This document shows positions 25,059 through 38,865 of a DNA stretch of 64,000 nucleotides, in pieces. A program made the position numbers and the translations under genes. The notes beneath the pieces were generated by a model that did not search any database, was not told the origin of the DNA, and saw nothing but the letters and a program-made list of their open reading frames with translations. This stretch comes from Camelus ferus. Its lineage: Eukaryota. The stretch spans positions 101,620,001 to 101,684,000 of the forward strand of contig NC_045696.1 in the NCBI RefSeq assembly GCF_009834535.1. Direction: 5' to 3'. Each line of letters starts with the position of its first letter. Position 1 is the first letter of the stretch.

Positions 25059-26119
25059 TGTATTACTTTGGCTGATTTTCTGAAAAATAAGCTGAAATAT
25101 ACTAAAAAGTTTATCAATTATTAATAATAATTGCTCACTTACTTATGCTGCTTTATGTTTTGCAAATATTTTCATTTAAAATGTCTCATTTAATGATCGT
25201 AGCAACCCTGGGAGCAGGGATTATTATTCTCTTTATAAAAGTGAAGAATCTTGTGACTGAGAGGGCTCACACAGGTGTGAAGCTAAGTTTTCATTCCAAA
25301 TTTTCTGATTCCAAGTTCACTGATATTTCTATCATACAATAATATTTATGATTTTTCCTAAGTAATTATATTTTTTCCATTTTTAAAAGAAAAAAGTTAT
25401 AAAAGGCATACATTCAGATTCCACATTCATTCATGTACATAGAAACCATAAAGTCAATGGAGTTTTTTCTATTGCTGTATTTTTTAATTCCTCAATAATG
25501 AAGGATGTATTTAGATTACTATACCCAGGGACTGACTGACAGCATCATCTTTCACCTGGAAATTTTTTTGTAATGATTCAAAGAGAAAATTTCATGAATC
25601 AATATGACTGGATTTAAATAACAACAATCGCAGTCATAACAATCATAATAATATCCATGCTTCTATGTGGTACAGTGTACTTTTGTGATACCTGCCCTTT
25701 TGATTTTCACACAGACTATAATGTAAGATTCCCAAGAGCCTTTTAAAAAAAATCATTTTAGGTATTTTTGAAAACCTACTTTAATATGACTATGTAAATA
25801 GCCCAGTAATATACTTTCAAAATTGACTTCTTAATGTCTCCATATACCTAAACTCAGTATTGTCTTTAAACCTTCCACAGAATTTTCTATCCCTTAACTC
25901 ATTCATTGATACTTGCCTTTTCAACCAAATAGCCCCCTGATAGTCTTCTTGAATGTAATCTGTACCTTCTAATATGTCCAATATCATTGCCCACTGCAAG
26001 AGAAGTTGCTGTCTGCAGCCTCCTATTCATTTCTTGCTATTTACATTTCATTGTTTTTCCATAATCCTTAAACAAAACATACCATTCAGCATCTTATATG
26101 CTCATCTGAACTCTCCACA

Positions 26120-26904
26120 CCTTTTGTCTCGATGTTGATAAGTAATTGCAAGCAACAGAAATACTCTAGCTAACTTAAGCAAAAAAGTTATTGGGAGTCT
26201 CACAACACAGTTTGAAGGTAGGAGGTCTAGGGTGGGAATTGTTTAGGGAACAAGCTTGGTTGAAACAGGGACAGTCTAGTCAGTACACTGCCACCAGGAT
26301 AAAATCTACTTCCAAACACGCCAGTTGTCTTATCTCATTGATCAAGATTTAAGAGAGCATCCGACTCACGTATCTTGGGTGATGTGCTGCTCCTTGGTTA
26401 AGGGAGGATATATCACTCATATGTGGAATCTAAAAAAAGAAAAATGAAGACAGTTATGAACTCATCTACAAAAACAGATAGGCTCACAGACATAGTAAAC
26501 AATCTTATGGTTACTGAGGGGAAAGGGGGTGGGAAGGGATAAATTGGGAGTTTGAGATTTACAAATATTTTGCAAATATTAAGTACTATATATAAAAATG
26601 GAGGGAAACAAATTTATTCTGTATACCATAGGGAACTATATTCAATATCTTGTAGTAACCTATAATGAAAAAGAATATGAAAACGAATATATGTATGTAT
26701 ATGTATGACTGAAATATGCTGTACACCAGAAATTGACACATTGCAAACCGACTATACTTCAATTTAAAAAAAAAGCATACCTACAAGACTATATTCAACA
26801 GAGAAGAGGTAATTATTCAAGAGGGAATAGGAGTTCTGGGTTTTTGTTTTTTCTTAAAAAAGGAAATCATGCTATATTGACAGTCAAAAACAAATTCCAC
26901 TACA
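26120..26904 (-). mobile_element. Old MLT1-type LTR (3' LTR of the second half-provirus), split by an L1 insertion
   Basis: 'ttgcaagcaacagaaatactctagctaacttaagcaaaaaag' at the left. At the right, 'ctaca|gtctacttct' reads as a PPT-like 'agaagtagac|tgtag' junction on the minus strand. Confidence 0.6.
26408..26774 (+). mobile_element. 5'-truncated lineage-type L1 3' end with poly(A)
   Basis: 'atatcactcatatgtggaatctaaaaaa...gggtgggaagggataaattgggagtttgagat...cttgtagtaacctataatgaaaaagaatatg...ctatacttcaatttaaaaaaaaa'. Confidence 0.92.
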
Positions 26905-28560
26905 GTCTACTTCTGTGACTATACAATAGCCATACATTTTCATATGTACCTTTTCAACAATATCTCTAAATTATCTATCCCCTTAAAGAAACAGCCAAAA
27001 TTCTTCCAGATCAAAATTCACAGTTTCTGGCATCATTCTTTTCCTCATGTAGTTCCTTCATGACATCACCTCAATATTCTGCAGCCAAGAAACCAAATGG
27101 AAAATTTTAATTACCATATAACCCCCTTTATAAAATAGTGGGGTAATGGAAGGAAAATGAGAATATATATTGATTTAAAGTATAAAGATGGGTGTATAAC
27201 ACAAAAAGAAGAAAATAATGGTAAAGGTTAACACCATTATTTCTGCTACTGGTCATGAGGCTGTTTTATACTTCCTTCCTCTACTACCTATTTCAGGTTC
27301 TCATGGCCTTTAGCCAGTATTCCAGCTAGTAGAGGTTACTTGTTCTGTAATGTAATCCAAACGTGTAGTCTGAGAGATCTAAGTGATTGGTGGTCTTGTA
27401 TATATAGGATTGTAATAGTCTTACTTTAACTGTTACTTCTAGTCATACCAAAACAAGTTGGTACCCCAAATAGTTGCCCAAGTTCCTACCATTTTTCTCT
27501 CTGCCCCCGTTGTACAACAGAAACCCTATTTCCCCTTGATAAACAGGTCCAATCACCTCAATTAATGTCATAACCCTGTTTTTCACAGTTTTCCCAGTTA
27601 CATGACAAAGGCAAAATTACTACACAGTAGTCCAGACTTCCAAAGCTATGGTCCCTAGTGGGAACACTCCCCAAATGGAAACAAAGCTAAACCTTGAATG
27701 GCTATATAAAGTCAGAAAACAAACATCAGCCCTCTCCACTTATGTTCCTTGATTACTGAATCCATATTTTCTGATGTTGAGGGAACTCCACATTTCATAA
27801 GATAATGTGTGTCAAATGGAATCATAACTGAACCTCCCGTTTTATGACTACAGTGAAACTTCTTTACCTTTACCTTTGGTCAGAAGTAATAAAATAAGGG
27901 CAAGGTTTAAGGAATTTCACTAGTAAACAGAGTCATGATGTGAATAGAAAACAAGTGCAAATTCAGAAAAGGTATCTATCCTAGTGGGGAAAAACTGCAA
28001 TCAGTTTCAAGGGTAATCAACTTTCTACTGTGTGGTTGGATGGTCACAGAGGTATGAAATCAAATTAAAGCCCCAGGTTAGTAGCTGCTCTCTTGCAAAT
28101 TGGACTCTCAGTGGTAACAGCCAGGTCAGCCTTGGTGAGAAGTAAATGCTCTTGAGTCCTAGGATGGTCTCCGTGTTCATCCTACCAACAGGACCACTTT
28201 CTTTATGAGCTCAGTGAATGGACATTAGGATGGCAGTGGTAAATGGTGACTGAAAATCAGTGTGCACATCCTATCCACCTGATTTTTTAAGGACTTCCTT
28301 TGTAGTGGAGACATAGATGAGCACTTGGGGACTCAGTTTGAGAGATTCATCTACATTTTCCTTCCAGAAATTCTTGTCACTACTTCTCCAATTATACTCC
28401 TAATTTCCCAAACATGAGACCAAAACATTAGCTATTGCCCATTAATTTACATGAATCTCCACCTTATGACTGCCATCATGCCTCCCAGTCAAAGTGGAGT
28501 ACTACTGACACTGGTTGCATCTAGAAGAACTGGTATGCTGGGCTGGTTACTTCTGGGAAA
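26905..28560 (-). mobile_element. ERVL/MaLR internal region, 3' pol part (RNase H/integrase end), degenerate
   Basis: Antisense ERVL-int phrases: 'ttctgctactggtcatg..gctg', 'tttccccttgataaacaggtccaatcacc', 'catcctatccacctgatt', 'aaattcttgtcactac..ccaatt'. Confidence 0.7.
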
Positions 28561-30788
28561 AGAGGGTTGTCAGGCAGACACAGGGGTGGAGGGGTTGTGC
28601 TGGGCATTTGTTGAGCTTTTCTTCTCTTCACTGTCTAAATCTCCTTTCCAACTTCACTCCAAAAATCTCCCTAAGAAACAATTATTTTGAATAACTATTT
28701 TGGATAAATTTTAAAACAAAAGAGCAAGAAAGATGTGGCAACAGAATTGCAATTTCCTATCTTCCCCTCTAGTTTTTTATAGTAGGAGAGTAAATGGGAA
28801 TTGTATGGAGAAGCTCAAAACCAGGAATAAAGAGCTCAACAATCATTTTCTGTCATTTACTCAGAAACTTCAGTATAGTAATTGGCAGTTAGACCACATC
28901 TACTTTACAAAAACAATCTTAAATTAGACAAAATCAGTAGAACGTAACTCTTAAAAGTCTGAGGAATCTCAACAACCAAATTCCAAAATAACTCCCTTTC
29001 TGCAGTTTGTTGTGGATTCTATACTTGTCCACTATTTTGCGTATATACAATATGTTATTCTTTATTATTTTAATTGCTTTCTCCGAGATTTGGGGAGAGA
29101 AAATGTTGGAAATTGAATAGTTCTCATAATTTTCTTATATTTCTAGAAATTTATGCAGAAATTTTATTCTTCTTTGACATTTCAAATTAATTATATTTTT
29201 AATTTTCCAAGAACACTGCTATGTTACCATGAATTTTAGTGAGAACCTTAGTGAACTTTGGGTTCTAGTTTCAAGAGCACACTGGAGACAGTAATTTTTT
29301 TGGAAAAATGTGTGACTGAACTGCTATAAAATATGCATTATGTTATAAATCATGATCACCAGTGGAAGTGTATTATTAATCCTGCATAAAAGATGCAGTA
29401 GTTATTATTACTACTGTGCATTCAGTCCTCTGTCTAGGAATGTAGCTGAAATTCCCAAGTTATAGGTCAGGTTAATCTTTCAGCCTAATGAGCAGATTTT
29501 TGTATCAATTATTTTTATATTTATCTTCATATCTTATAATTATGGATTACTAATTTTCTTCTGGCATTAAGCCATCTGCCTCAAAGTTAGTTTTACATTC
29601 TAAAAGTCTTCTCAGTGACTGTCTTTATTACAGATTGTTGGAACTGCTAGAAAGGAATTACATTTTTACTGCTTTTCCCTTGAATATTTGACCTGTTTCT
29701 AGGAAGGCAAACTATTTTCAAACTTTTGGTGATTCTGATCTCTTCTTTCATTATGAAATAGCTTTGTGCAATAAAAATGGGGAAATTTTTTCATTCGGTG
29801 ACATTTTACCCTGAAAAAAATTCAGCATCCATGAGCATCTGATTTTGTACATGAAAACTGATAATTAAAGAATTTCAAACAGGATCAAATTAGTAAAAGG
29901 CTAGACTTCAGCTCTCTTTTTAAATTAAGATTTAACTTCCATTTTTACGAAAGTGATAGAGGTTCACAGTTTCAAAACAAAGAATATGCTAGACTTAAAA
30001 TGAAAAACTGCCGTCTTCCATACCATGTCTTCCCACTCCCAATTCTCCTTGCCAACTACTGATTCTCACTTGTAAGAAGCCACCACTTTCATCTCTCTTA
30101 GCTTTTTCTTAGGTTATCTACAGCCATATTTTAAAATAACAGGACTATACTGCTGTCACTTAGTTAATTCTTACGTGGAAGAGGAAGAATGTGTAATTCT
30201 TTGCACACAAGCACACACACATACATAAACTCTTCCCTCAGCCCATCCTTCATATATAGTGAAATCACATTTTTGGATTAAATTAGTACTCAGTGTTCAA
30301 ATTATTATGATCAGCCACATTTAGTTTACAGTTTATCTTCCAAGTATGCTATTATTACATTTTCTTTCTTGTACAAACTTGTGCTTCCCTGCAACTATAC
30401 TTGCCTTATATTTTACATTTGCTTTAAAATGTATGTATACCTGACACCAATTCATCCCAAGTATTCCAACTTCTTCTAAATATATATATCCAAAGTTCTA
30501 CCAATATTATTTATTCATTAGACTATCCCTACTAAATCCCTCATCTACCTACTTCAAACTGCATTGCTTGAGCTACAGATATCACCCTAAAATTTGCTTA
30601 AACGAATTTCTCTGTGGATTCCCTTCAGCTTTTCTTTTTAGTGGCTTTTTGGGAAGGGTGTTTGAGTGGTAAAATGTTCAAGATTTTACATGTCTGAAAG
30701 TACCATTATTCTACATTCATAATTGCTTTTCAGTGTGGCTGGGCAACAAATTATAATTTTGAGGGCATTACTCAGTTGTCTTCTAGTT

Positions 30789-30975
30789 CAGGTGTTGACT
30801 AATTTTTTTCTATACAAAACCAAATATTAAATTTATTGGCTTTGTAGAGTGTAAGACCTTTGTTGAAACTACTTAACTCTGCTATTGTAGCTCTAAGCAG
30901 CCATAGAAAATTTATAAATGTCTGTGTTCCAGGAAAAATTTATTTACAAAAGCAGACCATAATTTGCACTCCCTG
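30789..30975 (+). mobile_element. MER58A-like hAT-Charlie MITE
   Basis: CAGG...CCTG ends, 'ttgaaactacttaactctgctattgtagc..aagcagccatag', and an 8-bp TSD ttctagtt/ttctaggt. Confidence 0.85.
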
Positions 30976-31477
30976 TTCTAGGTTTTAGCACTACTTAATG
31001 CCATGTGATTTCTAGTTCATTTATATATAACTTTTAACTTTCTTTATAGAATCTTTTAGTTTTAAAGGCTGTTCACTTTGGCCTTGACATTTGAAATATC
31101 CAGATGATATACTTTGTTGGGCACATGAGATTTCTTGCTGGAAACTAGATGAGCTTTTCAAACTGAAGAATCTGGGCAAGGTTCATTTATAGTGATAATT
31201 TCCTTCCATCTCCTTTCTTTATTCTCTCCTCTGGAACTCATATTGGTTGAATGTCATAACTACTGGATTCATTTTTTAATTTGTCACCATTATTTTCATT
31301 ATACTTTCTGGAAGATATTTTAGAATTTAACTCCAGTCTGTCTTTTTGACTTTTCATTTATGTTACCTTTCTTTTTTTAAATTTGTAAGAGATCTTTCTT
31401 ACTATCTGATTCCTTTATAGTCCCTTGTTCTTATTTTATGAATACAACCTCCACTAGGATTTTAACGTGTGTGTGTG

Positions 31478-31830
31478 TGTCTTAGTTCATTCAGGCTGCT
31501 ATGACAAAATACCATAGACTGAGTGGCTTATACACAACAGAAATTTATTTCTCACAGTTCTGGAGCCTGTAAAATCCAAGATCAAGGCACCAGCAGATTT
31601 GATGTCTGGTCAGACCTCCTTCTGGTTTGTAGGGGGCTGTCTCCTCTCTGTGTCTTCACATGGTGGAAGACGTCTCTGAGTTCTTTTATAAGGGCACTAA
31701 TCCCATTCATGAGGGCTCCACCCTCATGAGCTGATTACCTCCCAAAGTCCTCACTTCCACATACTATTACACTGGGGATTAGGTTTTAACATATGTGTTG
31801 GGGGAGGGCACAAATACTCAGTCTATAGCA
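31478..31830 (-). mobile_element. MLT1A-type solo LTR
   Basis: 'tgtcttagttcattcaggctgctatgacaaaataccatagactg...ttataagggcactaatcccattcatgaggg...tcagtctatagca'. Confidence 0.9.
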
Positions 31831-34800
31831 GCCTGTGTGTGTGTGTGTGTGTGCGCCTGTTATCTGTATTGCCTCCTTTTCTTCTGACTTTATTCCTCCT
31901 CCTCCTTCCCTCCATCTCTCTCTTATAGAGGCTTCCTTGAAAGTTAGACGATTTTTGTCTATCTCTTCACATTTAAGAACAAGGCACTAAACTGATGATT
32001 GGAAGCTCCATAGGCATGAGTAATTTTGACAGCTGGTCGTGCTTTATCACAGTATGATCAAATTAAACCCAGAAGTTTCATTGAGGACCCCTAATTCAGC
32101 ATATAGGACTTTTTTCTTTGGCTAATCAGTTTCCCAGAAAGCAATTTTCCAATCTTTTGACTGGGGAACTCATCTAGCTAAGAGCATTCTGGGAACCAGG
32201 GAGGGAAAGTATGGTGTAAGGATCTCACAGTCCAGTAGGAAGCCTTTCACTTAATTCCTGTGGATGCAGTGTGCCCCACCACAGCCACCCTGGGTGTGTT
32301 CAATATTCCTCCAATCAGACTTTGTCTGACTCAACATCTATAATAAGAAAATTTTACTCAGTCTTCTTCATGGGCTGGAGAAGGGTGACCATGTGCGCTC
32401 AGGAAGGTGATCTGGTGGTCTGATACTTTCAAGACTTTCATTTGATCTTCCTTTTCCCATCCAGTCCTATATCTTGTGCCTTGAGGTACCTGATACTACC
32501 AACTCTTTACCTTCCCAGGCATCCACAGGGCAAACTAGCTTGGTTCTTCTTGACTTTCCAATCAGCAGGCTTAGATTTGAGATTTCTGTAGTCTGATAAT
32601 TCATTTACCACTCATACATCAGCTTTCCAGCATTTAAAATATTGGTTTTTTAGTCAATCATAATCTTCTCTTTTATTCTTTATGTTTTTTCTTTGTATGC
32701 TTTTTAATATTTTTTAATTCCTTTGGTATCATTTTAATAGGATTTCAGGAAGGAACAGACATAAATTAATGTGTTTAATCTGACATGTTTCATTTAGTTG
32801 TATCTCCAATTTTAGGAAACTCATACCAACGCCAGCTATTTAAAAATTCCATAGGGAGCTCTGGAGCTGGGATGGTCTTACAAGGTTCTCTTGAGTTGGG
32901 GTGATGGAGGTGGGCTTTTATAAATCATCCTTCAGTGACTGGATGCTGGATGCGCCAGGGAAGGGACACATCCTTGAGTGAAGCAGCTGAGGGCAATTCC
33001 AGGAAGAAGTTTAGAGCTGAGGCCTGCCAACTCAGGTACTGGGAATCTGGGCTACAAAGCATAGTGTCTGATGCATATGGCTTTTAGCAAACTTGGATTT
33101 GAACAGCTGGACCAATAAATAAAGTTGAAATTTCAAAAAAAAATTCAAGTGATTTACTTAGTAAGGATAACTGACACTTCTGAGACAGGCAGGGCTATAA
33201 ATTCTTTAATTGTAGAAACTATGTATAAGTCATTTCTGACTGCAGGATTGGTTCATAGCTTCTCTACACTTAATAGTTGTTTATTAAATAAAATTGATAA
33301 TTAGCTTCTATTCAAAATTTACTGCTAATATTAACATTATCTTTTTCAGTAGCTAAATATAAAACATTTTTTCCTAATAAAAAATTCAGCATGTGGCAGT
33401 CAATGAAAAGAGTGTAACAAATAGAACAGTTTGACCCATGTGATACATATTGAAATGGAAAGGTCACAATATATCACCATGATCATAAGTGGAAGTACAT
33501 GTTGTCCTCAACTACCACAACCATGTCAATTTGCTCCTTGACAAAAATTGTTGTTTACACTTAGGGAAGTAATGTAATGACCAAGAATGTCCTAGGTATA
33601 ATTTTAAGTCAATAACTGGATTATTTTTTTATCTCTAGTAAAAGCTAGGAATGGAAAGAGCTGGGGTTAATGATCCTGAAAAAAAGTGTTATTTAGAATT
33701 CAGGAGTAGATTTCTCTAAGCCATTACCCCATACGGAAATAACACTGGACAAAAGATGTCTCTGCTTTCAACTACCTGTCATCTATTGGCCAGTTTATTA
33801 CCTCTGGATAGTGAAGCATCACAGATCCCTCTGGGCATATCCAGCTCATTTACATAGGCCAGTTGTCCACTCAACGGTCTTATGTTAAACTAGCAAATAG
33901 CTAGAAGAAAATGAATTCCTTTCAATACACATAGTTCAGAGTCATATTTTTCTCATGTTGATGGCTTGGAGAGAGTGCTGCTTTTCAATTTTGTACTAGA
34001 TGCCTAAGCTTATGCTGTGTCAATCAAATCACATTATATCTAGTTACAGAGCAGGTCAGCACAAACGGTCGTGTTCAAAGAAGTCTCTGACTTCCTGCCA
34101 AGTTGTTTGGCACCACTCATGTCGTCATCAATTTGAATTACTTGTAGATCATTTCAGGAGATATTAAGATAATTATTGGCTGTTTTCATAAGGGTAGGAA
34201 GCCAGAAAAGCACTCACTGAACCTCTGCATTTATCTATAAATTGAGAAACAGACACTTTATAGCTTAAAAAAATATAATTCATGTCATGCTAATGCATGC
34301 ACCATTTCAGTTTATATTCTATTATTCTACTCTTAAATTATAAAATATATTGGGGTAATTTATCCAGTTGATATTAGCATGCATGCAGCCTTGTTGTATC
34401 TAAGATAGTTTCTCTCAGTGCTTTGCCGAATTCTTCCACTAGAGTTATTAGTGAATAAAGGCACCTGGTCATGCTACATCCATGAAACAATTGAAATTGG
34501 GCTTCAAAATTTACCTTTTTAAAATAAATAGGCATATAACAACTGATATTACAAAAATACTCTCCAAGTATATGGTATTATTTTGCAAAACTTCATTCAA
34601 AGGCTGGTTGCCCGAAATGACCTTTCACATAGGAACGATACAATTATGGATCCCCACAACCTGGTTATGATTCAACACTGTAACAATAATAATGTCATAT
34701 TTACAATATTGGTGCTGTGAAGAAAGTCATATACACTTGAGAAAGCTCTAAGAACACATCTCCTAGTATGATGTTCTAGCAGGAAAAAAAAAATCAAACT

Positions 34801-35089
34801 TTATACCTTCTTAATTGACTTCTCAAGATGCCAGCAATAGGAATGAGAATAAATTATCTTAGTTATCTCCAGAAAATCAAACTTAAAGAGAAAAAGAGTG
34901 GAGATTAGCTCCTGGTAAAGGTGATTTGTATCCCTAAGTCAGGAACTTTTATGTGAGAAATGGAAATGGTACCTAACTAGCAAATTCCCCTGTCAACATC
35001 AACACTTATTCCACAGCTTCCCTCTCTACCCCTTTGAAATTTATCTTCCCATCCCTTCTCTTCTAATGACTTATTCCAGTTTATCAAGG

Positions 35090-35815
35090 AGAGATCATAT
35101 GATGGTTAAAAGCACAGGCTAGAGTCAGACCATCTGGGCTGAAAACATGACTCCATGTTGGAAGGCAATTCTCCATAGGTCTCTCGCATTTCTGCACATA
35201 CTTTCAGCAAAGGCACTGACAGCCTTTATTCTGGAATATTTTTTTCAAAGCTGTTTTTATAGTGAACAACCTTGGACAACAGAGATAGCCCAGGTGTGTC
35301 TAGAGCAGAGGGGCTATTTATTTGTTACTCAGTAAAACAATGTCTCCACCCAGGGCAATTGTTAGACATGTCTACATGCAATCCATTAAAGACTGGGATT
35401 TCCTAAATTTGGGATTCCTCAGCTGTGATGCAAAGCCACAGCATCCACCTAGGTCTGCCTCAATGTTATCTCCTTGGGACTTGAGGGGCAAGGGTAACCA
35501 ACAGGAACATGACACTCATGCTACCTGCCATGTCTTTTGTCTTTGATCCAGAAGGCTTGTGTCTTTTGCAGGCATCCGTGAAACTGTGAGAGGCTAACAT
35601 GCTAGCTTACAGGTCAGGTAAAATCTCAGCTTGACACTGCCACTTGGTATGCGTGTGACCTTGGAAATGAAACTTTGGTTTTCATGTTTTAAAAAGTGAG
35701 GTTAACAATTGCCTTCACCTTACAGGATTGTTAGATGTTTAAATAAGACAATGCTCAAGAAATATTTAGCCTAGTTCCTGGAACTGTAAATGCTCACCAG
35801 TAAGTTAACTGTCAT
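35090..35815 (+). mobile_element. MIR split in two by an LTR insertion
   Basis: 5' half 'tggttaaaagcacaggctagagtcagacc.tctggg' (35090-35155) and 3' half 'ctgccactt...gtgtgaccttgg...ttacaggattgtt' (35637-35815). Confidence 0.75.
35156..35636 (+). mobile_element. LTR40-like ERVL solo LTR
   Basis: TG...CA ends; 'tgttggaaggcaattctccataggtctctcgcatttctgcac..aggcactgac.gcctt' and terminal 'ggtaaaatctcag..ttgaca'. Confidence 0.75.
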
Positions 35816-36284
35816 TGTTTTTTATGTTTTGTGTTCTTCCCAACATATTTGGCTTAAAATTGCTTTTTACTCTTTTTTATATGCACAGTTCATCTTTTTG
35901 GAAGTACTGTACATATTCATTTTTTCTCTTGTTTTAGCCACGTATTTGTATAGAAATGGAAGGGTAAAACATTCAATAAAATACAATAAAACCTTGGAAT
36001 TGTATATCTAGGCACCATCCAGAGATTTGCAGAGAAGAGAAAAGGAGCTTACTGCTTTTGCTTTCACAGCTCAAAGCTGAGGGTTTCGCTCTAGAGATGT
36101 AGCACAGATAATATGCTGTCTAATTGAGAAAATTCCCAAACACATAAAATCAGAGCACCTGACTGTGGGGCCCCCGGCATTAATGGTGTCTCCATATTCT
36201 CTCAGGTGACACTAATGTTCAGCTTGGTTGAAAACTACTGTTCTGGTCAAAAGGATTTGTCTTTTTTCTTCTAAGGTGAGGGCT

Positions 36285-36430
36285 GAGTCTGAACTGAAAG
36301 CATCTGGAGAGCTTTAAAACTACATGTGGATGCCTGTGCCCCACCCCAAAGTTCTGATTTAACTGAATGTGAGATGTCGGCCTCACAATATTTAAAAACT
36401 CCCCAGGTGATTTCAATCTACAGCCAACGT
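36285..36430. mobile_element. MER5A-like hAT MITE
   Basis: 'gcatctggagagctttaaaa...gccccaccccaaagttctgattta...aactccccaggtgattt'. Confidence 0.75.
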
Positions 36431-37479
36431 TCTAAGAAAAAAGAGCAGCAAGGTGGTAAAGACTTCTCTTTGAAAGTATTTCAAATGGGGCGGGCAAGGG
36501 ATATAATAAAATCATGAACAACTGAAGGGACGAGTCCATCCTTCCTCATGCTTCAAAGTTTGTAGCACCCAAAATCAAGTTGGAGACTCTCAAAATCAGT
36601 CCAAGTCAACCAGCTTTGCTCTCAAGGTGGCCAAGGTGGTCCTGTAATTCTTTCCCAACACAACAACTAAATTGTGGCACATTGTAAAGTAAGCATTGTA
36701 TATTTCGACGTTGATGATTCAAATAGTTTCTGTAGCCAAATATGCTGTAGACATTAGTCAGACGGGTTGTGTAGACAAGTCTGTAGTTGATCCTTGTGAT
36801 CTGGGAAGGTTATGTTTGTTCTGAATGAAGGCATCTTTGTTTTTTACATCAGCATGGTTCACTTGTATATTTGTAAAATGTGATACTATCTAGGGTAGGA
36901 AGGTCAAAGCATGATTGTTACTGAATTATCTGCAAAATAAACAGTTTCATCTAAAAAAGCCATTTTTAGACCACCCATAGACAAGGATTTTACAGGGATC
37001 CTTCAAGTTAAATATGAATAAACATACAACCATGGTCTAAAAGCAAATGCTGTTTGCAAATTAGGAACTTGTGAAAACAATTTAGAAAAAAATATTACTT
37101 AAGAATTTGATTGGTAAACAACTTCACAATTCTCTCCCCCAAAATGAAAATATAAGGATCAAAACAAGTTAATCAATATTTCACTTTCCCTATTCATGGC
37201 ATTCAATGGGATAAGTTGTTAATATCTGAACAGTTTCTTCTTCTTTATATGTTATGCACTATAATAACATCACTATTTCATCTTCATGCACACAACAGCC
37301 CTATTGGGTGGTGGTATTATTGAGGGTCAAGGAGGTTAAACTGCCTGGAGTAGTTCAACCACTATGTGGGAAGAAAGGTAGGCGTGGACCTCATCAGTCT
37401 CATGTAGAAATCTCACTCTTTCCCATTACATCACTTGGCATTAACAATGGACTCAGCACACAAGGGCACCTAATGAAGG

Positions 37480-37864
37480 TGCTATGGACTGAATTATGTT
37501 CCCACAAAATTCATGTTTTGAAGCTCCTAACCCCCAGTGAGACTGCTTTTGGAGATTGGGACCTTAAGGAGATAATTAAGGCTAAACAACATCATAAAGG
37601 TGAGGTCCTAATGTGATTAAGACTGAGGTCATAAGAAGAAGAGACACCAGAGTTCCCCTTCTCTGTGAGCTCACAAAGAGGCTATCTGAGGACCCAGGGA
37701 GAAGGTGGCCTCTACAAGCCCAGAAGAGGGCCCTCTCCAGATACCAACTTTGTTGGCCTTGATCTTGGACTTCCAGCCTCCAGAACTTTGAGAAAGTAAA
37801 TTTCTATCCTTTAAACCACCTGGTCTAGGACATTCTGTTATGGCATCAAGAGCACACCAATACA
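37480..37864 (+). mobile_element. MLT1A/B-type solo LTR
   Basis: 'tgctatggactgaattatgttccc..aaattcatgtt...atcttggacttccagcctccagaact..gagaaa.taaatttct'; 5-bp TSD gaagg/gaaag. Confidence 0.9.
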
Positions 37865-38607
37865 GAAAGAAATGCTTCTTTAATTCATTTATAATCTCGC
37901 TCTATATGCCTGGAATCAGGAACCACTGAATAGTAAAGAAGTGTCTGGACCAGGAGTTAGAAGATCTCATACCTTCCCCTCAGCATACCAGCCAATGAAT
38001 GTGGGCATGCCAAAAATTATTTGAGCCCCTGTTTATTCATTTGTAAAATTGAGATTTATCTGCTCAGCCTACCCCTCCAAGTTACTGTGAAGATGGAAGT
38101 TCTGATGCTTTATAAATTATAAAAACTAAGCAACCATAAGGAAATATCATCAATAAAATTCCAAGTACATGTGACAGGTGCCCAGAAAATACCACTTTCC
38201 TTCAAGCGAGTGTGGAAAATATTTATAGTATGAAGGCACTGAACAGATTCTATGCTCGGAATAGATTTCAAATGGCCTGTCCTGATGTGTGAAATTTAAA
38301 TTTCTCTGGCACGTGATTATTCCTTGGATAGAACCCAGGAGACCTCTTAGGGTTCCTGGATGGAGCAGCTGCAAGTGTGCGGTTACAGCCTCTCATTATA
38401 CACCACTAGCTTTTATATTCCCTTATCGGTCTTCCTTTAAAGGTGTTTCTCCTCTACCTGTAGCACATCTTGGGTTTTCTTCCTCAGTACCTGGGAATCT
38501 ACATCTTCATCCCAGGTCAATCACACTCTAACTATGGATACTTAACCATATTTCACCTCAGTGGCTATAACGTCTTCATCTAAAAAATGAACCTGTTGGG
38601 CTACGCT

Positions 38608-38722
38608 TAGGCTTGCCAGATAAAATACAGGAAGCCCTGTTAAATTTGATTTTCAGATGAACAAAATTATTTTTTAGTATAAGTATGCTCTGTATTTTTA
38701 TTTGTTAAATTTCACAACCCTG
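38608..38722. mobile_element. MER53 hAT MITE with internal deletion
   Basis: 'tagg.ttgccagataaaatacagga.gccc.gttaaatttga...tttttagtataagtatg' then 'tgtatttttatttgttaaat..caaccct'. Confidence 0.85.
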
Positions 38723-38865
38723 GCTGACTAACTTCTCAGGTCCTACATGGTATCACTTCAGATTATATAAACAGTAGCAATAGCTGTAAGTTTATTCTGT
38801 GCCAGGCATCTTTGTCTTTAACATGTATTATCTAACTTAATCCTCTACAAAGCCCTATAATATAA

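Larger units (their letters stand above)
29950..32780 (-). mobile_element. Ancient L1/HAL1-like fragments with nested insertions
   Basis: T-rich decayed antisense L1-like sequence ('catgtctgaaagtaccattattctac', 'tctcctctggaactcatattgg'); subfamily not resolved. Confidence 0.45.
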
